Notes: a model not told the origin generated them from the sequence alone. Positions 1 to 8,561 are shown, counted from the first letter of the stretch. The stretch: 32,000 nt of DNA from an uncultured bacterium (GCA_963713925.1 OY970212.1:986437-1018436), one strand, 5' to 3'. Translations and numbers: made by a program.

Positions 1-348
1 ACTAACACCAACGCTATTGCGCAAGCAGATGAACCGCAACCAGAACAACAAACAATGCAATCAAAAATACGTGATACTGTTGACGAATATACCACCTATC
101 TGAAAGAAGAATTCATCGACACTTACCATGGATTAGGTGAGCTTGGTGCCGATTTTATTGCAGATGTTATGTCTGCAACCGATCCCGTCAGCACCGTTAT
201 TGTGACAGGTGTCTCTGAGCTGGGCATTTTGGCACAAGACGGATATGAAACACTCAAGCTGGAACTGAGTCCACTTGGCACCTTGATTACTTCCGCTCGA
301 AAAAAATTGGAAGAATTTGCGTCAAACGTTCGTGTTGATAATAAATAA
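1..348 (+). CDS. C-terminal part of a hypothetical protein; the frame is open to the window edge
   Basis: Frame 1 has no stop from base 1 to the TAA at 346-348. The listed ORF begins at an internal ATG at 55. No recognisable motif. Confidence 0.4.
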   Translation, partial: TNTNAIAQADEPQPEQQTMQSKIRDTVDEYTTYLKEEFIDTYHGLGELGADFIADVMSATDPVSTVIVTGVSELGILAQDGYETLKLELSPLGTLITSARKKLEEFASNVRVDNK

Positions 349-350
349 TT

Positions 351-1328
351 CTACTGAATTCTTTTTTGAAATTCTTGCTCATCCGTTTTGAGATTTAAGA
401 GAAAGGCTATTTTTGCGGCTGCGTCATCATATCCGCTGCCTCCGATAGATTTTTCTACTTTGGTAGCTCTTTCAAGTTTTCTTGGGCTGAATGGATCTGT
501 AATATCATTTGTGTACGGTCGAGGGCTCGTAGGCGGATTATCGACGTTAGCAACTTTTTTAAGATCATTGCAGTGCGTCGTATCAATACATAAATGAAAC
601 AGCGACTCATCAAAAGCAGTAAATTTTTTTCTCTGTCCCTTATATTCATTCTTAAGAGTTTCTTTCTTGAGAGACAACACAGCATCAGGAAATTTTGAAT
701 TTTGAAGTACATCTGCGGCTAACCGCGTATTTGCTTTCTCCAATTTCGACATGACTTTTATTAGAAAATATTGTCCGTGATGATGAGCGAGAAAATCGGC
801 AAACCGTTTTCCGACCAATTGATCTTTCGTCCAAAAAAACATCGCATAAAAACAAGCTTTATTTTCAGGATTCTTAAGCCGATCACGTGTTTCAATAAGG
901 AATTTCATACTTTTGCGATAATGCTTTTCATCATACTTATCAGGCATTTTTCCTGAATCTTCAAGAACCATTTTTTCTATTTCACCTGAGTGTTCATATT
1001 TTTCAAGTACTTGCTCCAATTCTGATGTTGTCGAACCTTTCTTATGTGCAAGATTCTGTTTCGATTCTTTTGACTTTTCCGATGATATTAAAAAGGTACT
1101 CTTTCCATAGTGATCGCTCAGAAGAATTTTTAAACTTTTATATATCTCTTCTTGGCCTGCAAATGGCGGTGCAACAAAAATGATCAATGGTTTTTGAGCT
1201 GAGTCAGATTGTGTCGGACTCACCAAAGAAATTGGAGCTGATGATTCTTCATCCCTATCAGCAGATCGCAATGATATGCAACATAATAATAGAATGATTC
1301 CACGCAGATGAACGGTCTTCAATTGCAT
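351..1328 (-). CDS. hypothetical exported protein (325 aa)
   Basis: Long ORF with an AGGAGA Shine-Dalgarno sequence just upstream of the ATG at 1328. The N-terminus MQLKTVHLRGIILLLCCISLRSA looks like a signal peptide. No family motif recognised. Confidence 0.55.
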   Translation of the reverse strand: MQLKTVHLRGIILLLCCISLRSADRDEESSAPISLVSPTQSDSAQKPLIIFVAPPFAGQEEIYKSLKILLSDHYGKSTFLISSEKSKESKQNLAHKKGSTTSELEQVLEKYEHSGEIEKMVLEDSGKMPDKYDEKHYRKSMKFLIETRDRLKNPENKACFYAMFFWTKDQLVGKRFADFLAHHHGQYFLIKVMSKLEKANTRLAADVLQNSKFPDAVLSLKKETLKNEYKGQRKKFTAFDESLFHLCIDTTHCNDLKKVANVDNPPTSPRPYTNDITDPFSPRKLERATKVEKSIGGSGYDDAAAKIAFLLNLKTDEQEFQKRIQ

Positions 1329-1442
1329 GCTTTCTCCTAAATCCCAACATCGTAGGCTTCCGTTACTGATACCTTATCGTTTTTGATGCACGGGTGGCAA
1401 TGGTTATCTGATTTATGAATGCTGCAATAAATAAGCCCGCAT

Positions 1443-2447
1443 TTATAAGTGCGAGGACCCCAGCGAGTCAATTATGTGAGAGACGGATTTTCGAACATGT
1501 ATAACTTCATAAATGGATCTGATGATTGGAATGCGTAGTGAGTGAGTATGTGCATACGCATAGAATGAATTGAGAGTATTAACTCCCTCTGGCAAAATTC
1601 CGTATTCCTTGATCAGGTTATCGAGCGAATGCCCTGACCCCATTTTCTTTCCAACAGAAAAATTCTTGCTTAACCCTCCATATGAAGTAAGGATCACATC
1701 ACCAAATCCTGCCAATCCATAGATCGTTTCTCGATCGGCGCCAAAAGCTTCCGCGATGCGCGCAATTTCTTGAAAACAAAGTGTGAGAAAAAAGGCTCGA
1801 GTGTTCTGTCCGTATCCTGCTCCTTCGAGCATCCCCAAAGCAAGCGCGATAACATTTTTTAGTGCGCTACTTATTTGAACGCCTATGACATCATCTGTTG
1901 GGTAGAGCATAAAATACTCTGATTGCAAGAGCATTTGTGCTTGATTGGAAAGATCACTATCAGGACAGGCAACCATTGCAGCACTCACCTGCTGACGTGC
2001 AAGTTCATGCGCATATGTCGGTCCGGCAACAACGGCATACGTCGCTTCAGAACCAAAAATATCTGTAATGATAGTCCCAGGAAATGCGAATCTGTTTTGT
2101 TCAAAGCCCTTACTCAAAACAATCCATTTAGTACTTTTCTGGCCCTTGAGCTCTCGATGCATGCGCGTCAAAACATCGCGCAAATATTGAGTAGGAATCG
2201 CCTCAGCAATCCATTCACACTGTAGAATAGACCCAAAATCAGTTACCGGCACAATGGCTTCATCCAGTTCAATACCGGGCAAATAGCGATCATTAAAGCG
2301 AGTACGCCGTATATGCTCAGCATTTTTTTGGTCATAACACCACAACAATACTTCATGGCCGTTGCGCGCAAGCACTGTTGCGATCGCAGTTCCCCATGCA
2401 CCCTCGCCGATAACAGCTACTTTTTGTTTTACAAGACTGATATTCAT
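1443..2447 (-). CDS. gpsA: NAD(P)H-dependent glycerol-3-phosphate dehydrogenase
   Basis: N-terminal Rossmann motif VAVIGEGAWGTAIA and full-length GpsA-like sequence (ALKNVIALA, GEGV-type C-terminal region). Start placed at the ATG at 2447, which overlaps the uppS TGA as ATGA. The ORF-track start at 2468 is the alternative. Confidence 0.9.
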   Translation of the reverse strand: MNISLVKQKVAVIGEGAWGTAIATVLARNGHEVLLWCYDQKNAEHIRRTRFNDRYLPGIELDEAIVPVTDFGSILQCEWIAEAIPTQYLRDVLTRMHRELKGQKSTKWIVLSKGFEQNRFAFPGTIITDIFGSEATYAVVAGPTYAHELARQQVSAAMVACPDSDLSNQAQMLLQSEYFMLYPTDDVIGVQISSALKNVIALALGMLEGAGYGQNTRAFFLTLCFQEIARIAEAFGADRETIYGLAGFGDVILTSYGGLSKNFSVGKKMGSGHSLDNLIKEYGILPEGVNTLNSFYAYAHTHSLRIPIIRSIYEVIHVRKSVSHIIDSLGSSHL

Positions 2448-3133
2448 GAGCCGAACTTTCTTGTGCATTGTTCATAATAGTTGAGCGCAACCTCAAAATC
2501 TTCTTGCTTCATATCCGGCCATAATTTTGAAGTAAAATACAATTCGCTGTAGGCAGATTGATAGGGCATAAAGTTGCTTAGTCTTTGGTGTCCACCAGTT
2601 CTGATAATAAGTTCGGGGTCCGGTGCAGCCTTTGTCCATAAAAACTGTTTAAAATCGTTCGGATTTAAATCTTCTGCCCGTATTCCTGATGTAATAGCAT
2701 GCTGAGCAAAAGCAACTGCCGCCCGTTCAAGCTCTTGGCGACCCCCATAGCAAAACATGATGTACACACATAAAGCTATATTATGCTTCGTTTCTTGTTC
2801 AATGGTGCGTATGCTCTCAACAATGTTGGCTGAATAAAGCGAATGATCGCCAATGAACTTCACTGAAACTCCCGCCTTCTTAAGCTCGTCTACATTTTTT
2901 TTGCATTGCTCAATCAACAACGTATACAAAAACTGTCTTTCAATTTCAGATCGATTCAAATTTTCTAAAGAAAAGGTATAGAGCGAAAGATGAGAGATCT
3001 GCTTTTTCAAGCAAAAATCAATCACTTCCCTGACAGCATCAGTGCCTTTTTTATGGCCTAGCCATGGAAGCATTCCCTGGTTTTTGGCCCACCGACGATT
3101 TCCATCCATGATACACGCAAGATGTTGTATCAT
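2444..3133 (-). CDS. uppS: undecaprenyl-diphosphate synthase (cis-isoprenyl transferase)
   Basis: Hallmark motifs IMDGNRRWA near the N-terminus and IRTGGHQRLSNFMPYQSAYSELYF near the C-terminus. 229 aa is the typical length. Confidence 0.9.
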   Translation of the reverse strand: MIQHLACIMDGNRRWAKNQGMLPWLGHKKGTDAVREVIDFCLKKQISHLSLYTFSLENLNRSEIERQFLYTLLIEQCKKNVDELKKAGVSVKFIGDHSLYSANIVESIRTIEQETKHNIALCVYIMFCYGGRQELERAAVAFAQHAITSGIRAEDLNPNDFKQFLWTKAAPDPELIIRTGGHQRLSNFMPYQSAYSELYFTSKLWPDMKQEDFEVALNYYEQCTRKFGS

Positions 3134-3138
3134 AGAAT

Positions 3139-3795
3139 TTATAATCCATTTTCAGACGGAACAGTAACACTATTGTGTGATCGTAATACTTTTTCAATTC
3201 CTACAAAAAGAACTGCTATTCCGGTAATGACTCCCGCAAAAACAAGCCGCTCAATCGCGACGACCGGCATAAGAGCCAGCCACGCGCTTCCGGAAACTTT
3301 ACCGGCATACAACCAAATGACTGATCCCACTGCGTGGGCAATAAAGGTTGCTGCTAAAGAACGCAGATATAAGCTCTGAACGCGACACACGCCTAATATC
3401 ATAGGGACAAGCCAATAAAGCGAATATACCTGTCCACCAATGCTTGCAGGGTGGGCAATGAAGAGAATCATGCACAAGGCAGGAATAACCCCATAAAAGA
3501 GCTTGCGTGAACCCGAAAAACTGAGGGATGCGCATAAGGTGGGAAGCTGGTAGGTTAACCCGATCAGGATGCTTTTTGAGATTACGGCGTGAATAACCCA
3601 AGCAAACATGCTTGCCCCAAGAACCGAACTTAATCCAAAGGAAGCGGCGCCTGCAGGAATTATGAGCCCGGATAGACTAAAAAAACCAGTAATAGTGCCA
3701 AAAACGTAACTTACTTTCACTAATGCGGCAACCTGAGTTATACTGGAGATAATACAGAGACGTATAAGTGAATATACTTTGGTAAAAAAGTCCAT
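3139..3795 (-). CDS. polytopic inner-membrane protein, family not assigned (possibly a small-solute transporter or ECF S-component-like)
   Basis: 218 aa, almost entirely hydrophobic with about 6 predicted helices. Ends 5 nt upstream of uppS on the same strand, so probably co-transcribed. Confidence 0.55.
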   Translation of the reverse strand: MDFFTKVYSLIRLCIISSITQVAALVKVSYVFGTITGFFSLSGLIIPAGAASFGLSSVLGASMFAWVIHAVISKSILIGLTYQLPTLCASLSFSGSRKLFYGVIPALCMILFIAHPASIGGQVYSLYWLVPMILGVCRVQSLYLRSLAATFIAHAVGSVIWLYAGKVSGSAWLALMPVVAIERLVFAGVITGIAVLFVGIEKVLRSHNSVTVPSENGL

Positions 3796-3885
3796 AAAAT
3801 ACCTCTTCTACTGATTAATGTAACACATCAATGATTATGGTACTGAGAACCAAAAATTTTTCAAATATTGCCGTAGGGGCTAGGG

Positions 3886-4551
3886 ATGAAATTTAAAGCA
3901 ATTATTTTTGATATGGACGGAACAATCATAGATACCGAACATATCTGGAACAGAGCAACTCGAGAATTAATCCGCAATCGAGGAGTTGTTATCACTCCTG
4001 AATTAGATCAAGAGCTCAAAGAACGTTTAAATGGGATGGCTCTTGGCCAAAGCTGCTCAATCATCAAAGAAATCACCAAAACAAGTGAATCTGTTGAACA
4101 GCTCGTCAAAGAAAAATCAAACCTTGCCTGTTCATTGTATAAAGATGGCGTTCGATTTATTGAAGGATTTGAACTCTTTTTTAATAAAATAAAACAATAC
4201 CCGCTTGCCGTCGGACTCGCAACAAATGCGGATGATGCAACGTTATCGCTGACCAAGCAAACACTCAAGCTCGAGCGTTTTTTCGGCCCGCACCTGTATA
4301 ATATTTCATATGTAAATAATGTGGGCAAACCAAACCCGGCAATTTATTTACACACGGCACGACAACTTGAGGTTGATCCGCAAGAATGTATCGCCTTTGA
4401 AGATTCGGCACACGGCATTAGCGCGGCTCAAGCCGCCGGCATGTTTTGCGTAGGCATCAACAGCTCAAAAAATCCGACTCAAATTGCGCGTGCGCACCTG
4501 AAGATCGAGGGATATCATGAGATCGATCTTGAAAAACTGCTTCACGGCTGA
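3886..4551 (+). CDS. HAD-superfamily hydrolase, beta-phosphoglucomutase/phosphatase-like
   Basis: HAD motif I FDMDGTIIDTE, motif II GLATNA, motif III GKPNP and motif IV FEDSAHGISAAQAAGM. Confidence 0.85.
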   Translation: MKFKAIIFDMDGTIIDTEHIWNRATRELIRNRGVVITPELDQELKERLNGMALGQSCSIIKEITKTSESVEQLVKEKSNLACSLYKDGVRFIEGFELFFNKIKQYPLAVGLATNADDATLSLTKQTLKLERFFGPHLYNISYVNNVGKPNPAIYLHTARQLEVDPQECIAFEDSAHGISAAQAAGMFCVGINSSKNPTQIARAHLKIEGYHEIDLEKLLHG

Positions 4552-4733
4552 TACAAAAGATTCAAAATGAATCACTCAATAACCCGAAAGCCTTTGTTTC
4601 GCGCGTAAATCTACGAATCTTGTGACTCCACTCTACTAACCCGTTCTTCGAAGCTGCCATTAGGCAGCGAAGTAGAATAAACCTTACTTCCAAAATGAGG
4701 TTATATCCCTCTTTTTGATGTTTTTTCCCAATA

Positions 4734-4763
4734 TTGACCCTAGATCTTAAAACTTGTTACTAT
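4734..4763 (+). promoter_or_regulatory. candidate sigma70-type promoter for the 4825 gene
   Basis: TTGACC (4734-4739), 18-nt spacer, TACTAT (4758-4763). AAGGAGG Shine-Dalgarno sequence before the ATG at 4825. Confidence 0.3.
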
Positions 4764-4824
4764 TTGAATATAGGCGCTTGACCGCTCATATCTATAAATA
4801 AAGACTTTAAAAGGAGGTTTTTTC

Positions 4825-5214
4825 ATGAAGCTACGCCTATTATTATCACTTATCACAATTGCTGCCGCTGCAACTTCTGAATATGCGTCGGAAACAGCTG
4901 CGCCCACAGAACCAACTCCCAAAGAACCCGTGTCTACTGCAAGCAAAGAAACGGAAAAACGCGGCCATAAAGATTTTGGTAAAAAGCGTCACGGTGAACA
5001 TCACTGGAAGCATGGCCACAAAAATTTAACTCCTGAGCAAAGAGCTGAGCGAAGAAAACGATGGGCGGTGGCGGGGCTCACGCCTGAACAAAGGATGGAA
5101 AGAAAAAAGAAATGGGCAGCGCTCACCCCTGAACAACGTGAGGAAAAGAAAAAGCAATGGACTGAACGCAAAAATAGGTTTGCTCGAAAAGCATTTGCAG
5201 GCCAAAAGCAATGA
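4825..5214 (+). CDS. exported His-rich LTXXQ-repeat protein (Spy/CpxP/ZraP-like periplasmic protein)
   Basis: Signal peptide MKLRLLLSLITIAAAATSEYA. His-rich stretch HKDFGKKRHGEHHWKHGHK. Three LTPEQR-E+KK+W repeats, which match the LTXXQ signature. Confidence 0.6.
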   Translation: MKLRLLLSLITIAAAATSEYASETAAPTEPTPKEPVSTASKETEKRGHKDFGKKRHGEHHWKHGHKNLTPEQRAERRKRWAVAGLTPEQRMERKKKWAALTPEQREEKKKQWTERKNRFARKAFAGQKQ

Positions 5215-5261
5215 TCCCCCACACACTGCTTCAATGACAAATTGAACCTGGAGATTTTAAT

Positions 5262-5312
5262 TTATTGATTTCTATTTGAAATTAATGGTAAAATTCAAGT
5301 AGAAATCAATAA
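5262..5312. repeat. 13-bp perfect inverted repeat with a 25-nt spacer
   Basis: TTATTGATTTCTA (5262-5274) and TAGAAATCAATAA (5300-5312), located 25 nt upstream of the ATG at 5337. Confidence 0.5.
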
Positions 5313-5336
5313 ATGATTGATTAAGGGGACAAATTC

Positions 5337-6314
5337 ATGAAAATTATTAAAAAAATTGCATATCTTGCGGCCGCTTTATATGGTATGTACGCAATGCATT
5401 CATACGTATATGCTGCCGATTCAGACCTTAGCCCTTTTAAACAATTCTTGAAAAATGATCACAACTTGTCTCAGTTAAGGTCATTTTTACTACCCTATCT
5501 TAAAACTCAGCCTGAAAAAGTGCTTTATTTGCCTGATGGCTCTCAAATACTAACCGGTTCGGGATTTAACAGATTTTATCAAGAGCTTCCTTTTGGCCTT
5601 TATAAACGAAAAAACGGCGAAGCTGATGAACCTTTTGGCAATGTCCCGCCAATTACAAAAGCAGCAAATCCTTTTGAACAAAAAGCAAAGGCTGTCATTC
5701 TCGTGCCTACCAGGGATACCTACACAAGCGCGGTAACGCAATTACGAGACGGTTCTCTTGTTGCCGCCGGTCCCTATGAAAAAAATAAAGTAATGATAGG
5801 AAAATGGAATGCTGCCGGACAACCTGACACTACATTCGGAGATAATGCGAAAGTAATAGTAAAACTCCATGAAAAGAATGTTGTTGCCGGGTCTGAATTA
5901 AGCTCACCAAAATTAATTGTTGAAAAAGATAACGGAGATATCGTTGTCTTCGGGGCCCTGACTCAGGGAAAAAACATCAACCCGTTTATCATCTTGCTTG
6001 CGCCCAATGGAATAGTAAAAGAAAAATATCTTTTAGATGAAAACTATGAAATGCAAAACCCGGACGAGCAAATGGGTGATATGCTCAGAGAACGAGAACT
6101 CAGAAATCAGCTCGAAGAACAGATGAATCCTGGGTCCCAAACACAACAAAGTGAAGTTTGGGTAAATAAATATCCAACGGTTCAAGAAAAAGTACCAGGA
6201 ATGATTTCAGAATCAGAACGACGTATGAACACATACCCTACTCGAACAGAAGAAACGCCGGGCATGATTTCAAGTAAGCAGGCTGAAGAACAAATGAATA
6301 AAATCAACCCATAA
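5337..6314 (+). CDS. exported hypothetical protein with delta-60-like beta-propeller repeat segments
   Basis: Signal peptide ending YVYA. Segments such as LRDGSLVAAG...KWNAAGQPDTTFGDNAKV and DNGDIVVFG resemble delta-60 repeats. The C-terminal tail carries a duplicated YPT..E..PGMIS unit. Confidence 0.5.
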   Translation: MKIIKKIAYLAAALYGMYAMHSYVYAADSDLSPFKQFLKNDHNLSQLRSFLLPYLKTQPEKVLYLPDGSQILTGSGFNRFYQELPFGLYKRKNGEADEPFGNVPPITKAANPFEQKAKAVILVPTRDTYTSAVTQLRDGSLVAAGPYEKNKVMIGKWNAAGQPDTTFGDNAKVIVKLHEKNVVAGSELSSPKLIVEKDNGDIVVFGALTQGKNINPFIILLAPNGIVKEKYLLDENYEMQNPDEQMGDMLRERELRNQLEEQMNPGSQTQQSEVWVNKYPTVQEKVPGMISESERRMNTYPTRTEETPGMISSKQAEEQMNKINP

Positions 6315-6325
6315 GGGAGAATATT

Positions 6326-6760
6326 ATGAAACGTATAATCGCAATACTTGCTATAGCAAGTGTCCATGCTTCGTTATTTCCCGGATATTACTTCCGAGAC
6401 ACAAATGATGCCGCTAATACTGCTTTGTCAATTTTAAAACGCAACGCGTCTTATCTTGATAAACCGTCAGCCTTTTTTGACACCATGAATGAAGAAAAAA
6501 TGAATGAGATGAATTCAGATCTCAGATTTGATTTGACACATTTCCTGTCCGAGTTGTCCGCTATTCCAGTGGAAGGGATGAGTGGCCTTGCTTATATTGA
6601 TCTCAAAACATCAAATTTAGCACCTCAGTCTCTCGAAAATTTACAGAGAATGATATCTAAAATAGTCGAAGGTTGGCTTCTCAACTTGAGTGGAATTCCG
6701 AAATTGAAACCAAGAGTTGAGTTCTATAAAAAGAACAACTTCAAAGCACCATATTTATAA
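6326..6760 (+). CDS. small exported hypothetical protein (144 aa)
   Basis: GGGAGA Shine-Dalgarno sequence before the ATG. N-terminus MKRIIAILAIASVHA is signal-peptide-like. Lies 11 nt downstream of the previous gene. Confidence 0.5.
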   Translation: MKRIIAILAIASVHASLFPGYYFRDTNDAANTALSILKRNASYLDKPSAFFDTMNEEKMNEMNSDLRFDLTHFLSELSAIPVEGMSGLAYIDLKTSNLAPQSLENLQRMISKIVEGWLLNLSGIPKLKPRVEFYKKNNFKAPYL

Positions 6761-6775
6761 TTTTTATGCAAAAAA

Positions 6776-6804
6776 AGAGCCTCGAAAAAATCGAGGCTCT
6801 TTTC
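6776..6804. terminator. bidirectional rho-independent terminator
   Basis: 10-bp stem AGAGCCTCGA / TCGAGGCTCT with an AAAAA loop. An A-run precedes it and a T-run follows. It sits between convergent genes ending at 6760 (+) and 6821 (-). Confidence 0.7.
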
Positions 6805-6820
6805 ATTTCTTGAGGTAAGG

Positions 6821-7234
6821 TTACCAGTTGCTTCCGCCTGAACGGTTGCCACCGAATCCACCACGGTCGCTGCTGCCACCACGGGATCCACCGAATCCGC
6901 CACGGGATCCAGATCCACCGAATCCGCCACGGTCACCACCGTTGCTGCTACCAAAGCGACGAGGACCAGCTGGACGACGATCGCCACGGTTTTCTTGTGG
7001 ACGAGCTTCGTTAACGGTAATACGGTTTCCGTTTACATCTTTGCCATTCAATTGAGCGATAGCTTCTTGTGCTTGCTCAGCCATAGGCATTTCAACGAAA
7101 CAGAATCCACGGAATTCACCGGTGAATTTATCTTTAATCAATTTGATTGAGTCTACTTGACCGTATTGTTCAAACAATCCACGGACATCATTTTCTGTTG
7201 TGTTAAGACCTAGTCTACCAACGTAAATATTCAT
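6821..7234 (-). CDS. RRM-type RNA-binding protein with a Gly/Arg-rich (RGG) tail
   Basis: RNP-2 NIYVGRL and RNP-1 RGFCFVEM motifs. The ~80 aa RRM is followed by DRGGFGGSGSRGGFGGSRGGSSDRGGFGGNRSGGS. Confidence 0.9.
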   Translation of the reverse strand: MNIYVGRLGLNTTENDVRGLFEQYGQVDSIKLIKDKFTGEFRGFCFVEMPMAEQAQEAIAQLNGKDVNGNRITVNEARPQENRGDRRPAGPRRFGSSNGGDRGGFGGSGSRGGFGGSRGGSSDRGGFGGNRSGGSNW

Positions 7235-7496
7235 TAAAAATCACTTATTATAAGGATTAAACAGATTGAAAACATTCTCTTTTATATTATAAATTTATTT
7301 CTATACCAGGCCTTTCTCATAAACTTTAAGACTATGAACCAATTATACCAAATGGTTTCCCCCCCGTCAAACACAGCGCATCAAATTGCCCCTCGCCCCT
7401 CTCAAAGACGCCATTCCTTCACAGGAGGCGCTCTTCTGGGAAAGCCCTGCCCCCACCTTGATCATAATTTCAAATGTGATATGATTGAATCGTAAG

Positions 7497-7693
7497 GCTT
7501 ATGCGAAAATTAAGCTTTCTGAACAAAATATACCGTAATCTCGCTCCACTTCAATTGGGGACCCCGAATTGGGGCCGGTTGTCATGCTGAACTTGTTTCA
7601 GCATCCAGATCTGGGTTAAGTGGATCCTGAAATGAATTCAGGATGACAAAGCAATAAGAAGACTTTCGGTAATTTTTGGATCCCCCTTAACCT
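7497..7693. repeat. MITE-like intergenic repeat, copy A (carries a nested 44-bp insertion)
   Basis: Near-identical to 10020-10153 across GCTTATRCGAAA..TTAAGCTTTCT..GGTTGTCATGCTGAACTTGTTTCAGCATC..GGTTAAGTGGATCCTGAAAT..GACAAAGCAATAA. Internal hairpins are ATGCTGAA/TTCAGCAT (7584-7604) and ATCCTGAA/TTCAGGAT (7624-7644). Confidence 0.7.
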
Positions 7694-7721
7694 CAAGGAA
7701 TGGAGATATGAAAAAAGTTTA

Positions 7722-8561
7722 TTGTTTACTGCTCTATCTGTTCTATTGACTATAACACCAGTCTCGCAAATGCATGCGTCTGCCGAATTGGCAAAACCTG
7801 CCGAATGGGCAAAACAAATGTACCAGTCTTGCTTTACGCTTCCCAGAGGCTCCATGACCCTGAGAGAAGTTTTCTTATACCATCAACACGAAAAACTTTT
7901 ACAATCAGAGACTTTGCTCAAAAAAAAGCGACGAACTGCTGAAACAAGAGCGGCTTATGCGCTCTACGTCGGTATCCCTGTAGGTGTAGGCATCTGGTAT
8001 AACCTGTATAAACCACATCAACATCCACAATATGGGTTTGCTGGAATATATCAAAAAAACGACTTGAATTGCATTGCCATTAATACCGCATTCCAAGCGA
8101 GCTCATTGTTTGCAAACGTATTGAACCAAGATTTTTATCCTCATAATAAAAAAACGCTCATTGGAACAAATAATTTTCCTATTCTTACTGAAGCTAATAT
8201 CTACTCATCTCTTGCCGCTGCTTGTTTTGTGGGAGGATTCTCCAAAGCATCCGGCAACCATCCGTGGAATGTTTCCATTCACATGGCATGTAAAGCAGGT
8301 GCAGCATCCCTCATCGGCAATAAAATAACCGATACCGCAAAATTTCTTAACAAACGATTTAATCTGCTTGAGGAAGATTCAGCATGGCATAACATTGCTG
8401 AAGGCATTGGAAGCATTGCCGCCCATTATTATGCCGCAAAACTTGTTAATAAAATATCGCCATATGCGGGCAATCCTTTCCCGTGCGATGCTAATGGTAA
8501 TCCATTGGATCAGCAACGAGCGAATGAACTAATAATGAAAAAAATTATCAACGTAGGTTGA
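7722..8561 (+). CDS. hypothetical protein, probably exported; the start is uncertain (see finding)
   Basis: 279-aa ORF starting at a TTG with no Shine-Dalgarno sequence. A GGAG plus ATG at 7708 lies in a different frame, separated from this ORF by an A6 run. Confidence 0.5.
   Translation: MFTALSVLLTITPVSQMHASAELAKPAEWAKQMYQSCFTLPRGSMTLREVFLYHQHEKLLQSETLLKKKRRTAETRAAYALYVGIPVGVGIWYNLYKPHQHPQYGFAGIYQKNDLNCIAINTAFQASSLFANVLNQDFYPHNKKTLIGTNNFPILTEANIYSSLAAACFVGGFSKASGNHPWNVSIHMACKAGAASLIGNKITDTAKFLNKRFNLLEEDSAWHNIAEGIGSIAAHYYAAKLVNKISPYAGNPFPCDANGNPLDQQRANELIMKKIINVG

Noticed and set aside
3122-3601. ORFs 3122-3379 (+) and 3299-3601 (-) overlapping the membrane-protein gene
   Set aside because: They are nested in or antisense to the longer hydrophobic ORF 3139-3795 and have no start signals.
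6724-7055. ORFs 6828-7055 (+, Pro-rich) and 6724-6987 (-, V/A/D-rich)
   Set aside because: Alternative-frame or antisense artefacts of the GGN-repeat tail of the RRM gene.
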